From the NCBI GenBank assembly GCA_036172245.1, contig JAYWIR010000015.1, positions 682,001-746,000 of the forward strand: a stretch of 64,000 bases of DNA, read 5' to 3'. A program made the translations under genes and the position numbers. A model generated the notes under the pieces. The model worked only from the letters and a program-made list of their open reading frames with translations, had not been told where the DNA came from and made no database searches. The DNA is from Raillietiella orientalis (Eukaryota). Of this stretch, positions 13,701-26,899 are shown piece after piece (the stretch's first letter is position 1; every line of letters starts with the position of its first letter).

Positions 13701-14499
13701 GATCATTTTTCCTCTCCATCATTTCCCTGAGTCGGCGTAGTCTTCAGAGTAAGGAAATCGATCCCCCCCAAAATCCGTTGAGCACACACCCTGCCTCCGT
13801 CCGTAACTTCCCTTTGGGTGCCCTGAGAATCTCCGTGGCTTCCTACCTGACGGTGTTCGCATGCAACGCGTGTGCCTTTATACCATGATGAACACGCGGC
13901 CACAACTCTGGGTATCCTTGGAAACTTTGCTCATACGACACCAAGAGCACGCATCACGAAGCGAGAGGTGTTGGAAACGAAAAAGAACGCAAAGCTGCAC
14001 GTTTGCACTTCGCGTGCCGCTTCTCGATAACCGAGCGTGCTCCACACATGCATTTGTTGACATTTCCTGCAGGAACGATTCATCTAAATTTTCGTGGAAG
14101 GCGCGGACAAACACTTCCCTGGAATCCGCGGCTACGCTCCATGCTTTGATCAAGGAATAGAGACGGCACGACTTTCGTTTCTCGTTTGCTCCTAGGTATG
14201 TGCATCGGAATTCAATTCTGACCAGGCATAAGACCGACTTCGAATCAGAATACGTCGCCACAGAGGGGTGACGGGCCATCTGCGGTGCCGCTGCGGCGTA
14301 GATTGAGGAGCACGCTTGACTTTCCTTCTTGTTTACACAGATTCCGAATTCTTCATCAAGTACTCCACAGAATTGGATTCGAAGTCCCAGAGTCCCTGAT
14401 CTGAAGCTCTCATACAGCTCGTTTTGCCGCCTTTTTGTTTTTCGTCATCGCACCTGTGCTGCCACTGCCATCACGTCCTGTCAGTTTCTATTCCGAATC

Positions 14500-15100
14500 T
14501 AATCAACTCGGGGTAAAAGCAACTTCAGAAGATCAGGAAATGGTGGACGTCTTGAACGAACTCTTAAACGAACTTAATCTCTTCTTACTCTTTCAGCTGG
14601 ATTTTCTAAAAATAGCAAGTTCTCCAGCCTGGTTGAGCAGTTTGACGAGGAAACCTTTATCTTGAAAATCCACCCAGCTTCGACAGCGACAAAACATCCA
14701 TTAATCATTACGAGCTTCACCCTTCCCCAAGACCCCCCAGTGATGTGCTTCGAGTCAAGAGTGAGCTCATGATACTGAGTCCGTGAGATTCGCGAGACTA
14801 AGATAGAGGGACTGATGCTTCTTAACGTCACTTCCAATAACGATTCAGTTTAAGCTGCTGGGAACTCGCCTCCCACTCATGAATGACTCCTCTCTCTGAA
14901 CCCTCCACAAACTCCTCACCTTCACCCTTCTTTATTTATTGATTTTTTTATTGATGATTGGCCTCTGATTCCTAATTTAATTCCAGAGACAATGGGTGAC
15001 GCTATGATTAACAGCAAGATCAATTTTCTATCGCTGTGTTCCATCTCCTCCAAATCCTCTCTTTACTCCGTGCATTCCTCATTGAAGATGCTTCCTCAGG
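14500..15100 (-). mobile_element. Possible LINE ORF1/endonuclease junction relic
   Basis: ORF 14574..14837 EVTLRSISPSILVSRIS...HITGG loosely resembles the start of an APE endonuclease. Weak. Confidence 0.25.
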
Positions 15101-15399
15101 ACGAAGTGCTTCGGCAGTACTCATTAAGGCGCCGAACTTTCAATTAAAGAACTGCAATCCATGATTCTGTTACCAAGAAATCCTTCGTGGTTTCGGTGTT
15201 TCTACGAACTATTCAGGAAGCAATAAATGCGTCTATGCCAGACGCATTTATTTTCATACCTCACTCAATCACCCACATGCACTCATGGGAGAAGTTCTGA
15301 GAATAAGACGGAGTGTTTCCCAAATTTGGAATGCACGCTCCCATTCCCCAAAGTGCGTCTCCATTGGTCCCGGTGCACATGCCACTCCCTTGTGATTTA

Positions 15400-15750
15400 C
15401 TCGCTTGCTGTTGCTCAATGCGGCTGCTTTTTGGGAATCTTTAATCCATGAGCTCTGGACTCTGGCTGATCTCTGGAAGGGATTCCGTGTAGACACCATC
15501 CCACTCTTCCGTGAGAGCTGGACGGACTGTACCACGCACTGTAGCTCTCTCTGTTTCCGTTGCCCACAGCCTCTGTGACGTGTTAAAAGGTTCACGTTGT
15601 TGATTCTCAAGAAATATGAAAGAGAATTTTTGAGGAAAGGCCAATGCAATAGAAGGGTTTCCTCTCCATGGACGTTGCTTTTGGAACATGGCAACGTGCT
15701 TGATCACCTTCCAGATTTTCATTTGAAAGTTCGTTCATTCAAGTCGTTCA
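15400..15750 (-). mobile_element. Tc1/mariner-like transposase C-terminal relic
   Basis: ORF 15441..15722 MFQKQRPW...PFNTSQRLW...ALTEEWDGVYTESL...S.ELM resembles FQQDNA.PH...LNPIE..W...L.EEW..I..E.L..L..SM. Confidence 0.45.
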
Positions 15751-16149
15751 GAGTTCATGAATGATGCGTACCATTCAAGAAGAACAGTAGAATCCCAAGA
15801 TGTCCTCTATGCAGAATTCAACAGGTATCTCTTAGGAAGGTGGTAAACGTGATTCCATCCACTGAAGAGTACAAGAGCGGGAACTCGAAATGATGCCGAT
15901 TGCTTTTTTCTTCCTACCAGCCACGGGGTAAAGGGGAAAGGTGTAAAAAGGGTCCGAAACAGCAGGCAGGAAGATTTGTGAGAGGTTTCTGTTGTCTTCA
16001 CAAGCTTCCTTTCCTCCCGCGTGTTTACCCACCCGTCCTGCCTACCCGCCACGCCTGCCTGGTTTTCTGCATGCTTCTTCCGCTAGCCCGTTCCATCAGT
16101 CGGCCTCGCTCTACATGGGGAACAGGGAACTTGGATGAACCCTGACCTT

Positions 16150-17700
16150 ACCGAAAACAAGAGGCTCCTATTAATCATTAATCCTACTATACGATGCACT
16201 GATTCTATCCCGCCATCCTACGAAGGTGAACGACAAGGATCGACCTACGAGTGTCGTCCTGTGGAACAGAGCTTTCCCGTTCAGAGCAACACCTTTATCT
16301 GCAGAGGGGTTGCATCAAGGAAGCACACGGAACCCATGGCGAATATCGATATGGAACGAAATCGCAAACGAATTTCTCATTGGGATTTCCTTTCAGTGGA
16401 CACCAAGTGCTCACTCGTGGCTGCAAGGGCGCTTGCGACGAATCACGAGGGCGCCTGCGCCTGACGGAAAAGGAACGGTTATGAGAGATGGCACGAAGAG
16501 GACGCTTTGGGAGTGACGCGTTCGGATGCGTCGGTCTTCGTTGAAAATCAAGATCGTTGAAAATAGACCAGAACACAAATAAATCATTCTTCTTGGGATG
16601 CGAAACCTTGGAGCCCTTCGCGCACGCTGTTTGAAAACGATCTCTAAAAACGAGACCGATCAGGAACGCATCTGAGCGTCGGAATCAACACGAAACGGAA
16701 CGAAAAGAACGGAAGGCGAATTTTAGCAAAACGCAAGGAAAGCACGAAGAAAGGAAAGGGCCTTTCTCCATATTACTGCTCAGTACCTTCTATTCAAAGC
16801 GACCAAGAGCAGGTTGAACCTTTCATCCATCTCACAGCAGCTATTTCTTCTATTTGGGAAGCGAAACTGATTCCCCGAAAAGAAGCTGATGATGCTCATG
16901 ACGGAATAAGCTCTTGTCGTCTTTTCCCGAATGCGAGCAGCACTTGGAGCAGCTGCAGCGCCGACTTTGGAGGAGATCATCGCTCTGATGTGCGAGAGAC
17001 AGAGCTGAAAGTCACCGAACATTCAGCATCCAAACTGGGGAGAAATCTGATCTGATCGAAGAAGGAACCGTGAAACATCATTCGGAAAGCCGCATTTGCC
17101 CAAGTACCAATCAATAGACTGCAGTGTAACGGCGAAATATCGTTGAGGGGGATGCTGCTCAGGAGCAGCTGCCGAATAAGCAAACACCTTCCTGCGGCGG
17201 AGTTAAGTTTTCTTTGCTTTTTTTTTTTTGTTTCGATCTGCAAACCCAGATGTTCACCTCATCAGTCTGGTGTTCGCAAGAATTGTCCGCATCTCTAATT
17301 TGTGAACTGCCACATGGGTTTCCACAGCTTTTCATTGTCCGATTTGTGTTTGTGTTGCCGTTGTTTCGAACAACGCATCTCGTCGTGTTTCCCTCCCAGC
17401 CGGTTCCGAAAGCTCGACTCCTACATACGTACCGCCGCGAATTACTCTGGAAGCGCCTCATCCCGCCGCATCCTCTTGAGCCGCTTGCGCGCGCAAGAGG
17501 ATTCGGGGCGCTTCGTACAAGGGTGGGCGTTCTCTGCCCACCCTCGTGCGAGCGGTGGTGTCGACTGCGGTGCTGAACGCTCGCTTTCAGGTCAGATCAA
17601 GCCATCCCATGCAAAGGAACGTGGCAACCCTTCCGATCGATAATCTCCTCGAGTTCGATTCGCGCCAACAACACGTCCGATAAATAACTCCAAGTCGCCT
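16150..17700 (-). mobile_element. Degenerate Penelope-like element RT
   Basis: Colinear relics: EGNTTRCVV (17159..17461, cf. DKGNTTVV), IPLNDIS...SVTFSSVS (16977..17243, cf. IPLRPIVS...LVSFDV.S), NQFRFPN (16780..17022, cf. N.F.F.N), FQRRPTH (16295..16576, cf. YRKPTH). Confidence 0.6.
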
Positions 17701-17899
17701 TTCGAGTCTCACTAATTGCTGAGCTACAAGAAATGGTTCAGGGAGACGCAATTCGACAGCGTGGGCTAATTTCGAAGCCGGAGAGAGAGAGAGAGAGATG
17801 TCAGCGTGGGGGCGTAAGCTGGCCAAGGAGGTCGAAGCTCAGGCTGCGGCGCAGCAACAGACGGAGTGTGGCAAAACCGGGAACCACAGCCGCAGCAAG

Positions 17900-19450
17900 T
17901 CGAAAAAACGGGTTCCCATAGGGTGGACTCACCAAGGATTGCTCTGAGGACAAGAGAAGTCTCGAAGCCGAAAATGAGGAAAATTTTGCGGGCTTTAGAA
18001 TAAAGTCAGCTTCCATACTTCTAGAATAGAGGAGGCAGCTGCTAACAGAGGAGATGCAGCGGTCTGATAGGATTGCCCGTCACTCGAGAAGCGCTTACAC
18101 CTGGAGGTACCAACTCAGCCAAGTTCACGAATCGAATTACCTGGGATGCTATCAACGAGAAGATTCAAGCAGGCAGTTTTCTTGACACAAGAGATTCTTG
18201 CAAAGATAGATCGGAAAATGATTGCCACAAAGATAACGGAAACCTCCAGCGGCCGTTTAACTTGCTCTGTGAACCATCAGATGTGCTGCTACTCGGAGTA
18301 TTATTATATTAAACTGCATTGCATAAGAGTGGTAATACCTGGAATAACCCAACGGGCGACAGCAAGAAAAAAAACCCTCGTAGAGAAAGACTGCGAGGCC
18401 GAAGCTTTCTGAAGACTGCAGCTACTCCGACAAAATGTTCAAGTTAACACCCAGCAGACAAAGGAGAGCGGAAGGAAGGCAACGCTTCAGATCATATAAG
18501 ATCAACAGTGGAACGCGTGCTGCAGAAAGGATAAAACTCCATTTAGAAGCTGAAATGATGCATTTCGAAAACACATCGGGGAAAAAATTGGAGCATCTTC
18601 TTCTCAGCAAGAACGGTCATCGGTTGCGAAAACATCAGCGCAAGAGGCTCTGGGAAGCGGATCTTTTCTCTTCTGGAACGCAAATTCCAGGAGAACAATG
18701 CATCGCTTCTAAAGATTCGTGAATGTGTTTTTTTTTTTTTGGACGAGTTGATGATGTTTGCGTGCCAGCAATCATGCCCGTTTTCACAGTTGGGAGAGCA
18801 CTGATCTTCACTGTCCTCCTACATAGAGCTCTACGTGTTTTTTTTTTTTTGATTCGTCACCCTCGCGGACTGAGTGCGAAGTGGTCAACGTTGTTTGGCT
18901 GCACGTCCTCTGCTGCTCCAGGTCGCGGATGCCGTGTGTAAGGACTTTGTTTCCATTCGTGAATGTTTCCTTTCAAGCTCGACATGTGAAATTGTCTGGC
19001 TCTAAAACCGTTCCAGAAATTCCGACTTGTCAACTCACCTGTTCAGAGCGTTGCATTTGAAGTTCAGGAACAAATGTGCTACAAAGTTGCGTGCTGCTTA
19101 CTGCAGCAGTTCTGCTTCAGCGCAGCTCCTCTTTGCATTTATGGAGCTGTTGCAGGATTGCATAATGACGCCGATTAAAATGGGGGTGTTGCAGGCTATT
19201 CATCAGTAGATTTTTCCAAGCCTTCTGAACAAAAGAAACAAGGAATCTCGAAGCATCTCGAATGCAGTATCTCGTGGGTCCAAAGGTACAACTCATCGCA
19301 GTCATTTCGTGGCTGTTGGGAGAAGGTCTTAGTCGGTTCCGGGAGAGGAGTGTGCTTTCCACGCTTTCCAGGATAGGCACTCGTTCCCGCTGAATCTCCT
19401 CCATGCCCTTCCCTCCCCCCCCCCTTCCCCACCGCGTGCAAGAGCTGCGC
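17900..19450 (-). mobile_element. Degenerate LINE RT
   Basis: ORF 18422..18610 LRRRCSNFFPDVFSKCII...AARVPLL...NILSE matches LK......L..+F..C+...WK.A.V.P+...+SK+.E. Further RT-like relics lie at 18060-18400. Confidence 0.5.
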
Positions 19451-19518
19451 TGAAGCAAACTCGCGTTCTTTCTAGCTCGTAAGCATCCGTGCCAAACTTC
19501 CCAGAGTTACCAATTGCG

Positions 19519-19757
19519 CTCTGTCTGTCTTCAGTGCTTCATTTCCCACAACGGAAGTCCACTTTCTGGCTTCAAATGTATCTGTCAAGTCACGCACGGC
19601 TTGGATTGGCGAATTCGCCTTACTTATTCATTTTTATTTATTCACATTTTTAGAATAAATGAATAAATAGGGCGGCGAAGGTCTGCTACGAGGGCGACCG
19701 AGAGAGGTTACACTGCAAGCAGGTAGGACAGGAAATCGCGGACCCCGGAAGTTGCTG
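19519..19757. repeat. Direct repeat, copy 1 (about 240 nt)
   Basis: Near-identical to 20608-20858, with a few substitutions; copy 2 has about 12 extra nt at about 20760-20772. Confidence 0.95.
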
Positions 19758-19849
19758 ACAGCCAAAAAAGTCGTACACACTGCAAAATGACGAATCAAGA
19801 ACAAGGGCAACAGGCAGTATCCATCACCCACGCACCTTCTTTAGGGAAT

Positions 19850-20600
19850 CACGTGGTAAAAAAAAATTTGTTTTTTTCCAATCATGTCAATCTTTTCAAG
19901 TACAAAAATTGCATATTCCTCAGCGTTGGCGTTCCTCAAGCACAGCGCTGATTTCGCTCTAAAAGGCGGAAGAAATGGCACTGCTCCCAAGGCCAAACCA
20001 CTTTTCCAGAGACGGGAAGCACGCGGTTTCCGTACACTTTCCGAAACAAGGGCGAATGAAGTGTTGCAACCCTGATCGCTCAAACACTCCCCATCATCAG
20101 CAGTTTTCATTCTTTCCATCGTGAAATGGAGATTATCATTGGCTAATCATTGCCATTTACACTGGAGCATGAAAATCATCGCAGTGATCTAAAAGTGGAC
20201 GATGGCTGCCAAACTGGAGGGCTGCCTAACTCTGGAGAGAAACGAACGGGCTTACGCAGAACATGCCAGCCGCCCCTGCAACCACTCTTCCCAAGACTGG
20301 TACTGGCGAACCGACGAAGCCACGAAGCAGCCTGCCACTGCGCGAGGCACGTGATTCCGATTCCGAACAAACTCCCCATCTTTTCCGGAACAATTCGAAC
20401 AGTTTCGAGCCGAAGGAAACGCGCGACGCCTGAGTCCAAGCAGAGCGAAGGGCAGGGCCGCAGAGGAGTTCTTGAAAACCACACACCAGCAAGGCAAAAA
20501 GAAGTTCCTGTGGAGGAAAAATGGGTTCACTTGACGTTGCTGACCTCTTGGAAACATTCCGAATCAAATCGCATCAGAATCTCTCTCTCTCTCTCTCTGT
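19850..20600 (-). mobile_element. Degenerate LINE ORF2 C-terminal region
   Basis: ORF 20176..20484 GSLFGIGITCLAQW...PVRFSPELGSPPVWQP (cf. LG+....L.W...VRP.LEYASPVW.P). Confidence 0.55.
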
Positions 20601-20607
20601 CTGTCTG

Positions 20608-20858
20608 TCTGTCTGTCTTCAGTGCTTCATTTCCCACAACGGAAGTCCACTTTCTGGCTTCAAATGTGTTGGTCAAGTCACACACGGCTTGGATTGGCGA
20701 ATTCGCCTTACTTATTCATTTTTATTTGTTCACATTTTTAGAATAAATGAATAAATAGGGAACACTTTTTGAGGCGGCGAAGGTCTGCTACGAGGGCGAC
20801 CGAGAGAGGTTACACTGCAAGCAGGTAGGACAGGAAATCGTGGACCCGGAAGTTGCTG
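20608..20858. repeat. Direct repeat, copy 2, preceded by a (CT)n(CTGT)n microsatellite at 20581-20618
   Basis: Direct alignment to 19519-19757. Confidence 0.95.
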
Positions 20859-20859
20859 C

Positions 20860-23800
20860 AACCGCAACTCTGCTCGTAAGGGCCGTGAGCTCGCCAACTC
20901 GCGCAAGAAACGGTGGGCGCGTCCCAGCAGCCACGCGAACGAGGGAACTGTTGGACGGAGGGGAGAGATGGGGGTCAGGGCGAACGAGGCCGTGAGTGGG
21001 GCAGACAGCGGAGAGACTTGCTCTTGCGTTGTTGGGACGCGCGCTCTCGGATGAGCTTTGAAGCTCAGATGTGCGCTCGGAAAAGAATCGAAGAAAGAGC
21101 AATCCTTCCCTTTCGGGCAGGAGATTTTAATTCGCGTCCTCGTCACAAGAAAGGCGCAGCACCCATCCATTTTTTTTTTTCTCTCTCTCCGCCGAAAAAA
21201 AAGAAAAGAAAAAAAGAAAAGCTTCGAAAGCTTCGCATCTCCAAAATTTCACTGCACTTACTGGAGGCTTTCGGGCGCTCCTATTGATTTCGGAACGGAT
21301 AAGCAGCACAGATTGCATCCATGCTGGGCTTCAGCGGAATCGAACAGCAGCGAGCGGAGTTTGCTCTGGTTTGATGCTCGCTGCCCGGCGGCCGAGTGGA
21401 TAAAAAACACGATGCGCACCGCCGTTTACTTGACGATGACCTGAACTCTTCAGCCTGGAAGCGGGACGCCGCCCTCTCGTTTGGTTACAGGCACGCAGCA
21501 CTCGACCATTTTTGCTCGGGATGGTGGGGGGGCAAAAACAGGAACCAAAATTTCACCTCGGCGCAGTTATTTAGCGGGGAACTACGGGACTCGGGTATCA
21601 CAGCCCATTCGCGGCAGCGGGATCAAGTGAAGCATTTCCCGCCAACTGAGGATCTTCTGTTGCAATCCCTAATGGATCAATAACGCTTCTGCGCATATGT
21701 CATAAACGGTGGTTTCCACGGAACGGCGAACGGACCCAAGTTCGGAGCGCGTTTCCGAAGGAAAGAGGCAGTTTGGACTTGATTCGTGGCGGTGCAAGCT
21801 GACTTGCACCAGGAATGCCCCTGGGAGACAGAGACCGCTCGCCATCAGAGGTCGATTGGCGACGACGCCTCTGAGCTCTCGGAGTGGCTTTCGTTCGAGG
21901 TAGCTCGCCTGCAGCTGGGTGACCACGGGCAGACGAGAGACGGAGAGGCACTTTGCAGACTGCAATGCACTGCGCCCGGATGTGGCCAAATCCGTTCGTA
22001 TCGGCCAAACAGGTGAAAAAACGATTCCCGTTGAAGTTTCGGAGGAATTCGTCGTGGATGTTTTTCTCCGCTGGTTCGGTGTCTCCCCCATCCATCAGAA
22101 CGAAAGAGACGGGAACGTCGGGCTAACGATTGGTCCAGCATCTCGGTAAAGTTCGAATGCGTCTTCCCCTAGAACTTCGCCTCGAGCGGCACAACTTCGG
22201 TCGGTCTCTGAGCCCTTCTTCACGATGCATGGAACTTCGATCAAGGTCATCTGGACTTACCTACTCGTGAAAGAGGAGCTTTTCGTTGCAAAGGATTCTG
22301 CTTCCTGGACTGCCTTCCTCTCCATCCACGGGCAGTTCACATCAACGAAAAAGAAAAGGAAAAATCTGCTCCATCACATCTCTCACGTTATCTCGCTTAT
22401 CTAACGCAGCCTCACGTCATCTTTCCTGCGAACAGAAAGTTAACGCCATCTACATGGGATTCAAGAGACCGGATAACGACAATTACGTGGGGCTAATTGT
22501 TTTCCGAAAGATACGATTCCCTATGGATTCTCTGACTTGGAAATTGGGGAATGCAGTTTATCTCTTCTTCTTCCTCTTTTCTTTTGAAAAAAAAAAAGGA
22601 AGAAACCTTTGCTTCACCCTTGGACGTCTGCGTGCATTCCCAGCCTGGATTTCTTTCGCCATCTTCCAATCATCCGAAAAAAATTTTGGAACCGGAAGCC
22701 AACATCGGAAACACTAGAAAAGATGTTTCGAGAATCTTGCTGCGCCTTTTACTCGTGGCCCTCCCACCTTCTATTTGGACCCTAGAAGGTCCTCTTTGAC
22801 TTGCCGATTTGGACGATACATGCCTTCTTCCGTGATGGCCCCAAATTCACTCTTAAGAGAGCAGCAGATCTATCGCAGCGAGCGAGTCCTCGGCGGCCGC
22901 TCTCTTCCGTTTCGTTCGATTTCTTTCACAGCCCACGTGGCCTTTCACTGTTTGGAAAGGGGAAAGGGGGTTCAGTGGTCTTCTTCTTTTGGCTTAGCAG
23001 GGCGTCTCCTGGGTGATGACAAGAACAACCAACATGCCGTGCACCTCGCATCAAAGGACGTCCCATGCAATGCATCACTTTCGTGAGCACTGGCGAAGTT
23101 TCGTTGGAAGAAGACGAAATACGAGGTATTTCTCCGAGAAAACTTCTCTAGCAGGGGGATAAAGAGGCAAGGGGCGGGGGGTATTCGTGAAACAAAGAGG
23201 AACAATCAAAATACACGAAACTAAAAATACGGAGCAGGGAGCTCAGTTCCTCGTGAGGGTTTACCTCCTTATCTCACTTTGTGTACTTTGGCAAGAAGGG
23301 ATGCTGCGCTGGTTCCCTTTAGCTTTTATAATTGTTTTCTTCGTCTTTCTTCGCAATAATCTGTTCTCTTCGCGCGATTCCAGTGTCGTCTTCCACGCGG
23401 TTTTTGCTCGTCTTTCCAGCCGAGACCGAATTATCTTTGCCTCCTGGACCTCGAAACTTTGTTGCACGCTTTGCATCCACCCGCTCGATAGGATTTGCGC
23501 ATCATCAGATGACTTGGATACTTTCCTGGCGCCACTCATGCATCTCGGGTACAAACGTCTCTTATGTGCGAGTCCCCGCTTCCTGGGCACATTGAAGGTG
23601 GAAGTGCAGCGCAACAGATCATTGTGCCTGTGGTTTCCGATGAGATGTGCTTTGGGTTTGTTAAAAACCTCGGTTCAAGAAAGAATTTCTGGCAATGCCT
23701 ATTTTCCGAGGGCTGGAGTATCAGGTGACTGGAAATCTCCTGGGGTTGGTCCAACTCTGAGCATCCTCCTCATGGCTAGGAATGACGAGCTTCAAGACCC
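20860..23800 (-). mobile_element. Degenerate LINE ORF2
   Basis: RRKTKKTIIKAK (23261..23614), SRKKACIVQIGK at 22800-22835 followed by SKILE at about 22730-22742 (cf. WK.A.IVPI.K...SKILE), LRTWVRSP (21700..22095). Confidence 0.5.
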
Positions 23801-24088
23801 TTGCAAGTCATTTTAAATGAAAAGGTTATCGTTCAGTGGACGACGGCTTCACTGGTTATCTTATTAGAAGATCCTTTCTGGGTTTCTCCTTTGTGAGGAG
23901 CAGGACCAATAAATAATCCATCATTTCAACGTACGCTTGAGGCGGGAATTTTTTCCCTCTTCATCTTCCATTGTGGCATTTGCAATTCGATTCTCAAGAC
24001 TTCCTTCGGGTCTTCAAGACTTTGCCAAGCTGACGAGCTGTCAGGTTGTAGCTATTTGTGAACTCTGGGGTGAAGTCATGCCACGAGA

Positions 24089-24136
24089 GGTCACAAACTC
24101 ATGAGGTCCTGCCGAGGACCTCATGAGTTTGTGACC
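24089..24136. repeat. Perfect inverted repeat, 22-bp stem with 4-nt loop
   Basis: GGTCACAAACTCATGAGGTCCT-GCCG-AGGACCTCATGAGTTTGTGACC. Confidence 0.97.
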
Positions 24137-24239
24137 GCTCATCTAGTTCACCTTTTGTTTCCAGAATAGGCGCAGTTTCGTTAGAACATCGGATCTGAGG
24201 TATTTGAGAACCAGGAGTCTTAGAGATATTCCAGGTTCT

Positions 24240-26750
24240 TAGCTGAGCTTCCGGGTGACGCTCATCAGGTGACTTAGAACGAAATCAGAACTCTCATCAG
24301 CATGCTCCTTCACTTGGACCTCAGTGAAACCTACAAGTAGAGGGGAGACTTTGAGTCTTTCCTCGAGAGCTGGCCTCGTGGCAGCCTTGCATGGCAATGC
24401 AACCTCATCCAGAAGAGCTTCGGTCCAGAAGAGCACAGTGATCAGACTGGATGGCACCTTTCTGGAAGGGGAAAAAATCTCAAACACAAGTGAAAGATGT
24501 AAGCAGCGTGGACTAGGATTCGGAAGGGAGGTAAACTCTTCAAGGAAATAGGAGCAAACCACGATGTGAAGCGATGACTCACCGCTCTGTGCACCCAGAC
24601 CTGATTTTCCTCCGAAGCCTCATTCCTCTCATTTGTGTAGGAAGATTCAACGAACGGAACCAAATCTCAATAGGAACTTGTGATGGATTGACCATTTTCT
24701 TGTGGATGATAAGACTGAGATGCCCCTCTTCAATAGCAGAAGCCGTGACCATCGATCCTTCTTTCCTTCACATAAACTGTAGGTCAGCACCCTGTATTCC
24801 TCGGATCTCCGATTCTCTTCCTTAGAAATTTCGGTCTAAGAGTTCTGCTCTCCTGCTAACAAATTTTTCTCTCTCTCTCGCTGCTGGGTATGGGGGAGGA
24901 GCACCTTCGCAAGCGATCCCTTACCATTTCTATCCTGAGATGCAAACGTAGCAGCATGCGATGCCGCGAGTCGGAGGAAGATGGAAGGAGAACTCGCCAC
25001 ACGATCGGTCGCTCTTCCTTTTGCTGCTGCTCTCCTTTTCACTTCGCTTCAAAAAATCTGTAGATCTTCATCGCGTGCTTCCCGAAAAATCCTGCTTCAT
25101 GAAGAGGCGCGAGCCTTCGTGTCCTATCTGTCAGTACTTCCTGATGGAGGTAGTGTATCACTTGCCAGCGACCCTTCGTTCTTTTGATACTGTTCCGGAA
25201 GACATGCCTACATCCCCTAGAGGGAATTTCTTGATGGAATAAGATCAGAATCGTCCTGGTTTCTTTTCGTATTCCAGTTTCCACATCTGGGTTTGAATTC
25301 AATCTTCTACCTCTTCAGGTCCCAGATCGAATTACCTCATAGAGAGGAGAGAAGAAACTGCTTGGCATCCATGATCGATCGCACGATTAGTCAATCATGA
25401 ATCATTGAAGGGGAATCCCCAGTCACTGACTGTGAGCCATAATTGCACTTGACCTCTGGATTTTGAAAAACATGGATAGGAGGTCCTGCATCAATGCCCG
25501 AAGATGGATGACCGCTTTTATTACTCCTCCCAGCTAGTGCTGTAGCCCGCGGATTGAGCATGCAGATGCAGCAGTCTTATCTTCGAAACTCCATTCGGTT
25601 TCCGCTTCTACGAAATGTGTTCTGGATGGAGTGTGCTCTGATCCAGTAGCTTCCTCCATATCTGTCCGCGAGCGATCAATTTGCCAGTCCGTGTTCCTCT
25701 CTCGAACCAGCATCTCAGTTATCTGTGGCACCAGCACGCGTCTCCATGCGAAACTGAGTCGTCCTCCGTGCAAGGAGTTTGGTGAACAGATTTGAAGATG
25801 CCAAGGAGAGTGTGATGGTGTCTCCGGGATCTAATCTCGGTACTCTGGTCACGAATTCTGGATCAGCACGATCCCTTGATCATGCTTTAACGCAGAATCC
25901 CATGTATCAGCAAAGCATCTCTTTCCCGGAAACATTTTTGAAAGGGTTGCTGAGCGGTTTCGATGCCTGTTTGCTTTCCTCTGCTACATGCCCCGTTTCG
26001 GAATTTCTCAATCTCTCCTGGTAGGTTGCATATGTAAAAAGATTCTCCAGAAGATGAATTCCCGAGCAGGCTTGGAGGAGGATGCTGAACCGGAATCCTA
26101 TGTGTGACTCTATCTCCACTCCATCGGGATGCATTTGTGGTTGTTTCCAGCAGATGGGGATCTGTTTTGCTTTGGTGCATGACAGATTCCAGAAACCATC
26201 CTCTTCGCACTTGATCTCATTTTTTATCCCATTAGTTTTGAAAGCAAAGCAACCATTCAGCATGAGCGCTCCTTGCTACGAAATTTCCTTAGGCATAGGG
26301 ATGCAGCTTTTTTCTGTCCTTGGCCCTCTCGAAAACTCTGTTCAAAAACTTTGCAGCAGCCTTCTCTCCAATGCTGTATTCGGAGAAGAATGTCTGGAAA
26401 GTGCCAGAACGAAGCTTTTTAGTACTTCCATTTTGCAACGCAGGTCTCATTAACTTTTTTTTTTTTTTTGCGCACCCCTTCTTACAGGCACGTTTTATCT
26501 CAGGAAATGTCCTCTCGGTTGAGGAGATCCACTTCCAGAGCTCCTGCTTTCATGTGGAACATAAGCACGGCTGGGGATCTGCTGGCGGAACTCTAAGATC
26601 TCAAAATCTTAAAGCTCTTACTTTGAGAGCAAAACAGACGCGCGTTCTCGGAGAACATCCTGCTGCTTTCGGAAGGAAAGCCGAAAGGGACCAAGTGCAT
26701 AAAATCACAACTTTGAGCAGTGGAGTCCCAGGGAACTGCTACCAGGGTTG
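24240..26750 (-). mobile_element. Degenerate near full-length Penelope-like ORF
   Basis: QPQMHPDGVEIESHIGFR (25907..26263, cf. LPKIHK.G+P+RPIVSF), EFVTRVPRLDPGDTITLSLASSNLFT at about 25781-25858 (cf. EF+..+.....D.LVSFDV.SLFT), KRRAAAKGRATDRVASS...RNG (24836..25042, cf. KR.++...RA..+.S...NGY). Confidence 0.6.
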
Positions 26751-26899
26751 ATGCACAAAATGCATCTATAAGCGTGGATGGGCATTTTTAAAAGAAAACA
26801 AACAAACGAGCAAAGCACAAAATAACGAGACGAAATAACAGATGAACTCCGTCTACCTTTTTCTTCGTCATGAATCCCTGAAGGTGTCTTCGGTCTGGA

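Noticed and set aside
13730..14300. ORF 13878..14279(-) with YSDSKSVL (RNase H-like) and a Cys cluster (gag-like)
   Set aside because: Two incompatible weak resemblances. Probably a TE relic but I cannot assign it.
19519..20858. The direct repeats as an LTR pair (TRIM-like element)
   Set aside because: No TG...CA termini, primer-binding site, polypurine tract or target-site duplication seen, and the interior is LINE-derived.
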